Shown one piece after another: positions 9,956-18,539 of a stretch of DNA of 64,000 bases. Under the pieces are notes generated by a model that ran no database searches, had not been told where the DNA came from, and worked only from the letters and a program-made list of their open reading frames with translations. A program made the translations under genes and the position numbers. Position 1 is the stretch's first letter; every line of letters begins with the position of its first letter. The stretch spans positions 71,694-135,693 of the forward strand of contig NZ_JAUSCF010000020.1 in assembly GCF_030651625.1 (NCBI RefSeq), in the 5' to 3' direction. The DNA is from Hydrogenophaga sp. GTDB lineage: Bacteria > Pseudomonadota > Gammaproteobacteria > Burkholderiales > Burkholderiaceae_C.

Positions 9956-10725
9956 GCAATACCGTCTCCCGAAGCGCCTCCCAGGACGCATCCCCTGGCC
10001 TCTCGCAGAGCGCCTTCCTGAAACGCCTGCTCGACGACGCCACCCAACCCTTCCTGGGCGGTGGTCGCTTCGCCTACCACTACGCCCGTGGCAAGCTCGG
10101 CGGCGACCCCATCTTTCGTGAGCTGCTGCGCCAGGGCCTGCTGCCCGAGCGTGGCCGTTTCCTGGACCTGGGCTGCGGGCAAGGCAGCCTGTTCTCGTGG
10201 CTGCTGTCTGCGCGTGCCCTGTATGAAAAAGGCCAGTGGCCCGCCGGCTGGCCCACACCGCCCAGGCCTGATCAACTGCGCGGCGTGGAGCTGATGCAGA
10301 AAGACGTGGAGCGCGCCGCCCGCGCCTTTGGGCCGAACCACCCGGTGCTGCGTATCGAGCAGGGCGACATGTGCCGCACCGACTTCGGCAAGGTCGACGT
10401 GGTCACCATCCTCGATGCGCTGCATTACTTCGACCACGCCGGCCAGGAAGACGTGCTGCGCCGTATCCACGCCGCGCTGCCGCCCGGCGGACTGTTCCTC
10501 ACCCGCATTGGCGACGTGAGCGCCGGCCTGCCGTACCACATCAGCAACTGGGTTGACCACGTGGTCACCTTCGCGCGCGGCCACCGCCTGCCCAAGCTCT
10601 ACGCCCGCCCACTGGCCGACTGGCGCGCGCTGATGCAGCGTGTGGGCTTCGAAGTGGCGACGCAAAACATGAGTGGCGAGAAACCCTTTGCCAACGTCAT
10701 GCTGGTGTGCCGGGTACCGTCCTGA
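9952..10725 (+). CDS. class I SAM-dependent methyltransferase
   Basis: 257 aa. Motif I is FLDLGCGQGS; downstream is VDVVTILDALHYF. Confidence 0.8.
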   Translation: MSNTVSRSASQDASPGLSQSAFLKRLLDDATQPFLGGGRFAYHYARGKLGGDPIFRELLRQGLLPERGRFLDLGCGQGSLFSWLLSARALYEKGQWPAGWPTPPRPDQLRGVELMQKDVERAARAFGPNHPVLRIEQGDMCRTDFGKVDVVTILDALHYFDHAGQEDVLRRIHAALPPGGLFLTRIGDVSAGLPYHISNWVDHVVTFARGHRLPKLYARPLADWRALMQRVGFEVATQNMSGEKPFANVMLVCRVPS

Positions 10726-10759
10726 CGCAAACAATACAAAAACCAAAAACGGAGACCCC

Positions 10760-11950
10760 ATGACCCCGGTGCAACTCACCGCCTTCACGGCCACCACCTG
10801 CCTGGGGCAGGGGCTAGCCGCCACCCGCGCAGCCCTGCGCGAAGACCGCGGCGCGCTGGCACCCTGCGCTTTTGAATCGGTCAAGCTCGACACCTGGATT
10901 GGCGAGGTGCCCGGTGTGGACGAACAGGTGCTGCCTGAGCATGTGGCCGCCTACGACTGCCGCAACAACCGCCTGGCCCTGATGGGGCTGGAGGCCGACG
11001 GCTTCGCAGACAAGGTGCGCGAGGCCGCGGCCCGTTACGGCAAAGCCCGCGTGGGCGTGTTCCTGGGCACCAGCACCTCCGGCATCCTGCAGACCGAACT
11101 CGCCTATCGCCAGCGCGACGCTGACACCGGCGCCCTGCCGGAAGACTTCAACTACCGCGCCACCCACAACGCGTTTTCGGTCGCCGAATTCACGCGCGAC
11201 TACTTTGGCCTGGAAGGCATGGCCATGGCCATCTCCACCGCGTGCTCGTCCAGCGCCAAGGTGTTCGCCGCCGCGCAGCGTCAACTCGCCCTGGGCACCA
11301 TCGACGCGGCCATCGTGGGCGGCGTGGACACGCTGTGCCTCACCACGCTCTACGGCTTCGCCTCGCTGGGCCTCACATCGGCCCAGCCCTGCCACCCGTA
11401 CGACGCCGCGCGCGACGGCATCTCCATCGGCGAGGCCGCGGCCTTCGCCCTGCTGGAGCGTGCCGACGCGCCCGCGCCCGGCACCGTGCTGCTGCTGGGT
11501 GCTGGCGAGTCCAGCGACGCGTACCACATGTCGTCCCCGCACCCGGAAGGCCTGGGCGCTGAACTGGCCATGAGCGCCGCCCTGCGCGCCGCAGGCTTGA
11601 AGGCCGACGACATCGACTACATCAACCTGCACGGCACCGCCACCCCGGCCAACGACGCCGCCGAAGGCATGGCCGTGGCCCGCCTGTTCGGCGACCGCGT
11701 GCCGTGTTCGTCCACCAAGGGCGCCACAGGCCACACGCTGGGCGCGGCTGGCGCGGTGGAAGCCGTGGTGTGCGCCCTGGCGCTGACCGACGGCTTTCTG
11801 CCCGGCAGCCCGGGTACCGCCACACTGGACCCGTCCATTCCGCTGCAGTACGTCACCCAGGGCCGCAGCGCCACGGTGCGCCACGCGCTCACCAATTCAT
11901 TCGGCTTCGGCGGCAGCAACTGCGCCCTGGTGTTCGGTATCGCGTCATGA
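10760..11950 (+). CDS. beta-ketoacyl-ACP synthase (APE-type KS)
   Basis: ATG 10760 follows a GGAGA RBS. Motifs ISTACSSS, HGTATPAND, GHTLGAAG and FGFGGSN. Confidence 0.9.
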   Translation: MTPVQLTAFTATTCLGQGLAATRAALREDRGALAPCAFESVKLDTWIGEVPGVDEQVLPEHVAAYDCRNNRLALMGLEADGFADKVREAAARYGKARVGVFLGTSTSGILQTELAYRQRDADTGALPEDFNYRATHNAFSVAEFTRDYFGLEGMAMAISTACSSSAKVFAAAQRQLALGTIDAAIVGGVDTLCLTTLYGFASLGLTSAQPCHPYDAARDGISIGEAAAFALLERADAPAPGTVLLLGAGESSDAYHMSSPHPEGLGAELAMSAALRAAGLKADDIDYINLHGTATPANDAAEGMAVARLFGDRVPCSSTKGATGHTLGAAGAVEAVVCALALTDGFLPGSPGTATLDPSIPLQYVTQGRSATVRHALTNSFGFGGSNCALVFGIAS

Positions 11951-12756
11951 ACCAAGCAGCATCCCCAACCCTCACTGCCTGGATCGACGGCATCGGCCTC
12001 ATCGCCCCCGGCCTGCCCGACTGGACAGTAGCCAGCGCCGTGCTGCGCGGCGAACAGGCGCTGGTGCCAGCCCCCACCGTGCTGCCCGTGCCCACCAGCC
12101 TGCCGTCTGCCGAGCGCCGCCGCGCCAGCCGTGTCATCAAGCTCACCCTGGGCGTGGGGCTGGAAGCCGTGGCCCATGCCCAGGCCGACGTGTCCACCCT
12201 GGCGACCGTGTTCTCCGCATCGGGTGCCGACGGCCACAACTGCCACGCCTTGTGCGAACAGCTCGCCACCGACGACCGGCAGATTTCGCCCACCCGCTTC
12301 CACAATTCCGTGCATAACGCCGCCGCCGGCTACTGGGGCATTGCCACGCGCGCCATGGCGCCGTGCCAGGTGCTGTGCGCGTTCGACGCCAGCTTCGGCG
12401 CCGGCCTGATCGACACGCTCGGCCAGGTGGTGCTGGACCGCCAGCCCACGCTGCTCATCGCCTACGACAGCGAATACCCCGAGCCGCTGCGCGCCAAGCG
12501 CGACACGCCCGACTGCGGCGGCGTGGCCCTGCTGCTCAGCCCTGAGCGCGGCCCGCACTCGCTGGCCCGAATCGAGGTGTCGCCCACCACCGACGCTGCC
12601 CAAACCCTGAGCGAACCCGCCCTGGAAACCCTGCGGCAACAGATCCCGGCCCTGCGCGCGCTGCCCCTGCTGCGCGCCCTGGCCAAAGGCGAATCAGGCA
12701 CCGTGGTGCTGGACTACCTGGCACCCATGCAATTGCAGGTGGAGGTGAGCCTGTGA
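11947..12756 (+). CDS. beta-ketoacyl synthase N-terminal-like protein (chain-length-factor type)
   Basis: 269 aa, ATGA overlap with the KS stop. I did not see the Cys-His-His KS motifs. Paralog of the 1-509 product. Confidence 0.7.
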   Translation: MNQAASPTLTAWIDGIGLIAPGLPDWTVASAVLRGEQALVPAPTVLPVPTSLPSAERRRASRVIKLTLGVGLEAVAHAQADVSTLATVFSASGADGHNCHALCEQLATDDRQISPTRFHNSVHNAAAGYWGIATRAMAPCQVLCAFDASFGAGLIDTLGQVVLDRQPTLLIAYDSEYPEPLRAKRDTPDCGGVALLLSPERGPHSLARIEVSPTTDAAQTLSEPALETLRQQIPALRALPLLRALAKGESGTVVLDYLAPMQLQVEVSL

Positions 12757-13229
12757 GCGCTTCGGTTGTTGGGCAAGTGGTCGACCACGCCGGCATCGCC
12801 GCGCGCATTCCGCACCACGGCAGCATGTGCCTGCTTCACAGCGTGCAGGCCTGGTCTGAAGCCGCCATCGAATGCCGCGCAATCAGCCACACGGACCCCG
12901 CCAACCCCCTGCGCTCGCACGACCAGCTGGGCGCCGCCCACGGCATCGAATACGCCGCACAGGCCATGGCGGTGCACGGCGCGCTGCTGGCCGGCGCAGA
13001 AGGCCCCCCCCGCCAGGGCTACCTCACCAGCGTGCGCGGCGTGAGCCTGCACGTGACCCGGCTGGACGACCTGCCCGGCGAGCTTGAAGTGCGTGCCGAA
13101 CGACTCTCCGGCGACGACCGCAACATCCTCTACCAGTTCTCCGTCCACCACGAAGGCCGCTGCCTGCTCGAAGGCCGCGCTGCCGTGGTGATCGACGCCA
13201 GTGCCCTTGTGCAAAAGGAAACCCCTTAA
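12753..13229 (+). CDS. hotdog-fold dehydratase-like protein
   Basis: 158 aa, GTGA overlap. Contains IPHHGSMCLL and HGIEYAAQAMAVHG, which resemble FabZ/ApeP-type hotdog proteins. Confidence 0.65.
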   Translation: MSASVVGQVVDHAGIAARIPHHGSMCLLHSVQAWSEAAIECRAISHTDPANPLRSHDQLGAAHGIEYAAQAMAVHGALLAGAEGPPRQGYLTSVRGVSLHVTRLDDLPGELEVRAERLSGDDRNILYQFSVHHEGRCLLEGRAAVVIDASALVQKETP

Positions 13230-13949
13230 ATGAAACGCGCTCTCGTCACCGGCGGCAGTGGCGGCATCGGCGCCGCCATCTGCCGCCGCCTGGCCGCAGA
13301 CGGCCACCATGTGGTGGTGCACGCCAACAGCGGCATCGACCGCGCCCAGGCCGTGGTCAATGACATCCAGGCCGCAGGCGGCAGCGCCGAAGCCGTGGCC
13401 TTCGACATCACCCACCGCGAAGCCACCCAGGCCGTCCTTGACGCCCTGGTGGCTGCAGGCCCCATCCAGATCCTGGTGAACAACGCCGGCATCCACGAAG
13501 ACGCCGTGTTCCCCGGCATGAGCGGCGGCCAGTGGGACCGCGTGGTCGACGTGTCCCTCAACGGCTTCTTCAACGTCACCCAGCCCCTCACCATGCCCAT
13601 GATGCGCACCCGCTGGGGCCGCATCATCAGCATCACCTCCGTGGCCGCCGTCACCGGCAACCGCGGCCAGGTGAACTACTCCGCCGCCAAAGGCGCGCTG
13701 CACGCCGCCTCCAAGTCCCTCGCCCTGGAACTCGCCAGCCGCGGCGTCACCGTCAACGCCGTGGCACCCGGCATCATCGCCACCGGCATGATCGACGGCG
13801 CATTCAACGCCGAAGCCATCAAGAAGATCGTGCCCATGCAGCGGGCGGGGCAGCCGGAGGAGGTGGCGAATCTGGTGGCCTTCCTCTCTTCTGATGAAGC
13901 GGCCTACATTTCGGGGCAGGTGATTTCGATCAATGGGGGGATGATTTGA
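13230..13949 (+). CDS. fabG: 3-oxoacyl-ACP reductase (SDR)
   Basis: 239 aa. Motifs TGGSGGIG, NNAG and YSAAK. Starts 1 nt after the upstream stop. Confidence 0.9.
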   Translation: MKRALVTGGSGGIGAAICRRLAADGHHVVVHANSGIDRAQAVVNDIQAAGGSAEAVAFDITHREATQAVLDALVAAGPIQILVNNAGIHEDAVFPGMSGGQWDRVVDVSLNGFFNVTQPLTMPMMRTRWGRIISITSVAAVTGNRGQVNYSAAKGALHAASKSLALELASRGVTVNAVAPGIIATGMIDGAFNAEAIKKIVPMQRAGQPEEVANLVAFLSSDEAAYISGQVISINGGMI

Positions 13950-14087
13950 CCCTTCTCGCCGCAGTTGCAGCGCGTGCATTTCAGGCCGCTGTATTGTCAT
14001 AGGTGGCCCACCGTAGTGGAGTGCAATTGGCGTAATCGTTCGTTGTACCTGATCCAATAATTTGAGGGAGCGGGTGAGGCAATCAGT

Positions 14088-14669
14088 TTGCATCAAATTT
14101 ATGTTAGGGGAAAGATTTTGCGAAACGTGACAGTGCCGCTCAGTTGGACCTGTGTTGACTGGCGTCCCGACGAGACTTGGGGAAAAATCCTGCTGCCTAG
14201 GCTGGTGGAAAATGGGGCGAATTCTAAGTACCTTGATCGCAGTGTTTACGTCATCCGTCTTGCTGGAAATTTTGCAATAAGCTATCCAAACGGCGAATCT
14301 CCAGCTGTATACGTTGGAGAAGGTGGCTTTGGTAGAAGAATCGCATCTCACAAGAAATGGGCTCGTAAGCTTGAAGAGCTAGTAGGGAAATTTTGTTTCC
14401 AGGTTTGTGTAGCAACACCAAGGGTGAGAAATCAACCCAATACATACCTAGACTGTGAAGCAGCGGTTCTACACAGATTTGGGGAGCGCTTCGGCTCAGC
14501 CCCCCTGTGGAATAAGCAGTTTGAAAGACGGCGATTCCAACACCACAACTACAGCCAAAACAAGCTTGACTACGTCATCGGGAAGCGGAGTGGTGCAAAG
14601 TACCATTGGGCTCTAAAGCCAATGAGGTCCTCGCCTTTCTATTCAAGCTATCTCAAGACTCATGTATAG
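14088..14669 (+). CDS. hypothetical protein with GIY-YIG-like motif spacing (putative nuclease)
   Basis: 193 aa, low-GC codon usage. Contains VYVIRL...VYVGEGG-x2-RR...E124...N142, which parallels GIY/YIG/Arg/Glu/Asn of GIY-YIG nucleases. The start is uncertain (TTG 14088 or TTG 14118). Confidence 0.5.
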   Translation: MHQIYVRGKILRNVTVPLSWTCVDWRPDETWGKILLPRLVENGANSKYLDRSVYVIRLAGNFAISYPNGESPAVYVGEGGFGRRIASHKKWARKLEELVGKFCFQVCVATPRVRNQPNTYLDCEAAVLHRFGERFGSAPLWNKQFERRRFQHHNYSQNKLDYVIGKRSGAKYHWALKPMRSSPFYSSYLKTHV

Positions 14670-14836
14670 AGCGCAGATCATTCCCACAGCCCCTCGTACC
14701 ATCGTTTCAGCGATTTAGCATGACATTAGACTGAAAGCGATGACATTCTGATGTCGCCAAGACCTAGTAGGAGCTTTCTTGGAGTTGACGGATTGGCATC
14801 CAAGAGTTGTTTCGGAGCTCGCTGAAGTAGGCGGGG

Positions 14837-15367
14837 ATGATCGCCATAATCGCTGCTCTATTTGGAGTCATTTCGTTCATTTGCCATTTTCGAAAGATCA
14901 CACAAATGTCACGAACGTATGGACTTCGAACTGCAGGAGACCTTTTGGCAAAGCTTGAGCGCGATGCTCAAGCCTTTCGAGAAGGTGTGTCAAGTGACCG
15001 CTTCTTCAATTTTGTGATCACGGCATACGCATTGGCTGACTGGGTTCAGAGCGACCCCAACGTTCCGGGGGCTGCGAAGGCAGCGCTGGCACAATTTCGA
15101 GACAAGTTTGAAATTAAGATCTGTCGGGACCTAGCCAACGCTAGCAAACATTTCCAACTGGATTCGAGACGAAATCCGAATCCAACCGTGGCATCGACTA
15201 ATTCCGCTCAGGGCTATGGTTTGGGAAGATTTGGCGCAGGTGAATTTGGAGTGGGTGAAGAGGAAATCACCGTGTGGCTAACTGCGGGAAGAGGCGTGAA
15301 TGGGCTGGTTGTTGTGGAAGACGCACTTCGGGAGTGGAAAGCATTTTTTCTGACTCATACCATATGA
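14837..15367 (+). CDS. hypothetical protein, possible N-terminal membrane anchor
   Basis: 176 aa, low-GC. The N-terminus MIAIIAALFGVISFICHF is hydrophobic. Alternative start at ATG 14906. No family recognised. Confidence 0.45.
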   Translation: MIAIIAALFGVISFICHFRKITQMSRTYGLRTAGDLLAKLERDAQAFREGVSSDRFFNFVITAYALADWVQSDPNVPGAAKAALAQFRDKFEIKICRDLANASKHFQLDSRRNPNPTVASTNSAQGYGLGRFGAGEFGVGEEEITVWLTAGRGVNGLVVVEDALREWKAFFLTHTI

Positions 15368-15493
15368 GCCGACTGTCGCAGATTTCATATCCTTTCATTT
15401 AGAGATGGCTGCCCTGCGTGGGGTGTTCGGGCCAGGGCTTGCTGGTTAAATGTCGCAGGCCGTATGACCATCAAGGTGCACTATGCTTCGGAA

Positions 15494-16420
15494 ATGACAG
15501 TCCCATCCTACGACCAGTTCATCGAGCCGATTCTGCGATTCCTTGCCAAGAATCCAGATGGAGCACCAGCAAAGTCAGCCCACGATGCAGCCGCGACTGC
15601 CCTCGGACTTACCGAAGAGGACCGACAACAAATGCTGGCGAGCGGCACGCAGTTGGTCTACAAGAATCGCGCTGGCTGGGCGCATGACCGACTAAAGAGA
15701 GCAGGCCTATCGAGTTCGCCAAAGCGCGGGTTCTGGAGGCTCACCGCCGAGGGAGCCGCCTTTGTAAAGGTGCACTCTGCGCCACTTTCCGAAGAGGAGA
15801 CGCAGAAGCTCGCTATGGATTTCATTGGCGTCAGACTAAAAGTCCCTGGGGTAGCAGGCGAACAAGTGCTTCCAACCTCAGCGCCATCCGAAGCTCCAGC
15901 AGTCGCCAGCCCGGACGATCAACTTGAAGTCGCACTGGCAGAACTACGGAAGTCCGCAGCATCAGACCTTCTTGAGATTCTGGCCACGGTCTCGCCTTCG
16001 TTCTTCGAGCGCGTAGTTCTCGACTTGCTACATGGAATGGGCTACGGCGCAAATAGAGAGGATTTGCAGCAAGTCGGAGGTCCCGGAGACGCGGGAATCG
16101 ATGGTGTGATCTCACTCGACCGGCTGGGACTTGAGAAGGTATATGTTCAGGCCAAACGGTGGCAGGAGAACATCAGTCGCCCGCATCTTCAAGCTTTCTA
16201 TGGCGCTCTGGCCGGGCAGAAGGCAAGGAAAGGTGTTTTCATAACCACATCGCTTTTTTCGGCTCAAGCCCGCGACTACGCAAAGTCGGTTGAAGGTATC
16301 GTTCTCGTCGACGGTCCTCGCCTCGCCGGTTTGATGATTGACCACGGCATCGGTATCTCCGCCAGAGTAGTAAGGATTCCGAAGATTGACAGCGACTACT
16401 TTGACGAGAACGCGGCGTAG
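15494..16420 (+). CDS. mrr: Mrr-type (type IV, modification-dependent) restriction endonuclease
   Basis: The N-terminus MTVPSYDQFIEPILRFLA...LVYKNRAGWAHDRLKRAGL closely resembles the E. coli Mrr N-domain. The C-terminus GDAGIDGV...EKVYVQAKRW is a PD-(D/E)xK core. I chose the inner ATG at 15494. Confidence 0.85.
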   Translation: MTVPSYDQFIEPILRFLAKNPDGAPAKSAHDAAATALGLTEEDRQQMLASGTQLVYKNRAGWAHDRLKRAGLSSSPKRGFWRLTAEGAAFVKVHSAPLSEEETQKLAMDFIGVRLKVPGVAGEQVLPTSAPSEAPAVASPDDQLEVALAELRKSAASDLLEILATVSPSFFERVVLDLLHGMGYGANREDLQQVGGPGDAGIDGVISLDRLGLEKVYVQAKRWQENISRPHLQAFYGALAGQKARKGVFITTSLFSAQARDYAKSVEGIVLVDGPRLAGLMIDHGIGISARVVRIPKIDSDYFDENAA

Positions 16421-16501
16421 TCCCGATTTCGACCAGCCGCGAATTCTGCATCGCCCTGGAATAGAAATTGGGTGGGCTTGAAGGATTGAGGACTTTTTTG
16501 T

Positions 16502-16963
16502 TCAGCGCCGCCCATACGGATCCGCCACCCCCAACCCAGCCAGAATCTCCGTCTCCCGCGCCTCCATCGCCTCGGCATCGGCCTCCCCCGTCTCATGGTC
16601 CCACCCTTGCGCATGCAAGGTGCCATGCACCAGCAAGTGCGCGTAGTGGTCGGCCAATGACTTCTTCAACTCCCTGGCCTCACGCGCCACCACCGGTGCG
16701 CACAGCACCAGGTCGGCCATCACCATGGGTTCGGTGGCGTAGTCGAAAGTGAGCACGTTGGTGGCGTGGTCCTTGCCGCGGTAGTCGCGGTTCAGGGCCT
16801 GGCCTTCTTCGGCGTCGACGATGCGCACGGTGATTTCGGCATCTGCTTCCAGTGCGTGGCGGATGCAGCGCTGCACTTTGTGGCGGGGCAGGGCGGCGCG
16901 GTGCAGGGCGGCGTCTGGCAGGTCGCCGAACTGGAGGGACAGGCTGAGGGAGGGCAGGGGCAT
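16502..16963 (-). CDS. ybeY: rRNA maturation endoribonuclease YbeY
   Basis: 153 aa with the zinc motif [15 protein letters not shown]. Confidence 0.9.
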   Translation of the reverse strand: MPLPSLSLSLQFGDLPDAALHRAALPRHKVQRCIRHALEADAEITVRIVDAEEGQALNRDYRGKDHATNVLTFDYATEPMVMADLVLCAPVVAREARELKKSLADHYAHLLVHGTLHAQGWDHETGEADAEAMEARETEILAGLGVADPYGRR

Positions 16964-16982
16964 AAATGGGGTGAGGGCGCGA

Positions 16983-17432
16983 TCAAGGTGTGGGCAGGGC
17001 GCGGCAGTCGCTCAGCAGCACCTGTTCCTTGGCGGTGTGGTCCGCCGCCATGAAGGCCAGAAACCCCTCGCTGCCTTTGGTGTGCCAGCGCAGGCTGTGC
17101 TGTTCGTCCAGTGCCACGTAGCGCGCGCCGGAGGCGGTGGGCCGGTTCTGCAGCAGGGCGGTGCGGCCATCGTGGTGCAGGGCGGCAAACGCGAGGTTGT
17201 CAGGCAGATTGAGGTAGACCACGTCCAGCTCGGTGCCGCCTGCGCAGCGGAAGCGCACGGTCTGGCTGGAGAAATCCGGGCCCACGACCATGGCGGTGCC
17301 GGTGACTGCCTTCTTCTCGGCTGGCATGGCGGGCGCAGCATCCAGTGGAGCCTTGCCGGTGCCTGCACACGCGCCCACCGTGAGAAGCAGCGCGGCCAAA
17401 GCGGGGAAACGAAGTGGCGTGGGCAGGTTCAT
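16983..17432 (-). CDS. MliC-like lipoprotein (putative C-type lysozyme inhibitor family)
   Basis: Inner ATG 17432. Signal peptide plus lipobox LLTVGAC. Core [21 protein letters not shown]...TASGARYV...[10 protein letters not shown] resembles MliC. Confidence 0.6.
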   Translation of the reverse strand: MNLPTPLRFPALAALLLTVGACAGTGKAPLDAAPAMPAEKKAVTGTAMVVGPDFSSQTVRFRCAGGTELDVVYLNLPDNLAFAALHHDGRTALLQNRPTASGARYVALDEQHSLRWHTKGSEGFLAFMAADHTAKEQVLLSDCRALPTP

Positions 17433-17466
17433 GGGAATGGGTCTCTGTGGCGAAGCGTTGGCTGAA

Positions 17467-18453
17467 TCAAGCGGCGCGAGTGGATCTGCGCGCAGCACGG
17501 CGCGGCGCAGCTGCCGCGTCTTCGGCAGCGCCTCGTGCGTCGTAAGCGTCCACAATGCGCGCCACCAGCGGGTGGCGCACCACGTCGGCGCTGGTGAGGC
17601 GGTTGAAGGCGATGCCGGTCACGCGCTTGAGCACGCGCTCGGCATCGATCAAACCACTCAGTTCGGTGCGTGGCAGGTCGATCTGGCTCACGTCGCCGGT
17701 GACCACGGCCTTGCTGCCGAAGCCGATGCGGGTGAGGAACATCTTCATCTGCTCCACCGTCGTGTTTTGCGCTTCGTCCAATATCACGAACGAGTGGTTC
17801 AGCGTGCGCCCGCGCATGAATGCCAGCGGCGCAATCTCGATCTGCTGGCGCTCGAAGGCTTTCTGCACCTTGTCAAAACCCATCAGCTCATACAGCGCGT
17901 CGTACAGCGGGCGCAGGTACGGGTCCACCTTCTGGCCCAGGTCGCCGGGCAGAAAACCGAGCTTTTCGCCGGCCTCCACCGCCGGGCGGGTGAGCACGAT
18001 CTTCTGCACCGCGCTGCGCTCCAGCGCGTCCACCGCGCAGGCCACGGCCAGATAGGTCTTGCCGGTGCCGGCCGGGCCAATGCCGAAGGTGATGTCGTGC
18101 GTGGCCATGTTTTCCAGGTAGCGCGCCTGGTTGGGCGTGCGCCCGCGCACCTCGCCGCGCCGCGTCTGCATGGCAATGGCGTCTTCGCCGCCGGGCAGGG
18201 CGGTGTCGCCGCTGAGCATCAGTTGCACCTGTTCGGCCGGAATCGGCTTCTTCGCCATTTCATACAGCGCCTGCAAGGTTTCCAGCGCCTGGGTGGCCTT
18301 GGGTTTGGTGCCTTCGATGCGGAACTGCTCGAACCGGTGCGCCACCTTCACGTTCAAGGCCGCCTCAATGCTGCGGATGTGGCTGTCCATGGGGCCGCAC
18401 AGGTGCCCCATGCGGACGTTGTCGGGCGGCGTGAAGGTGTGTTTGAGAATCAA
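17467..18453 (-). CDS. phoH: PhoH-like ATPase (YbeZ)
   Basis: Walker A GPAGTGKT, conserved FLPGDL and ILDEAQN. The start is uncertain: I chose TTG 18453 (MILKHTF...); the track ORF extends to 18564. Confidence 0.85.
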   Translation of the reverse strand: MILKHTFTPPDNVRMGHLCGPMDSHIRSIEAALNVKVAHRFEQFRIEGTKPKATQALETLQALYEMAKKPIPAEQVQLMLSGDTALPGGEDAIAMQTRRGEVRGRTPNQARYLENMATHDITFGIGPAGTGKTYLAVACAVDALERSAVQKIVLTRPAVEAGEKLGFLPGDLGQKVDPYLRPLYDALYELMGFDKVQKAFERQQIEIAPLAFMRGRTLNHSFVILDEAQNTTVEQMKMFLTRIGFGSKAVVTGDVSQIDLPRTELSGLIDAERVLKRVTGIAFNRLTSADVVRHPLVARIVDAYDARGAAEDAAAAPRRAARRSTRAA

Positions 18454-18539
18454 ACCGATAATCCGTGAGCGTGATGGCAAGCGGTGTTCCGACGCTGCTT
18501 GTGCCAGACTGGCACGATCGAAACCCGAGGAAACCCCCG

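Noticed and set aside
12714-14351. 545-aa minus-strand ORF crossing the dehydratase gene, fabG and the edge of the low-GC islet.
   Set aside because: It overlaps the FabG and hotdog genes, which have canonical motifs, and it crosses a sharp compositional boundary. A real gene would not be expected to do that.
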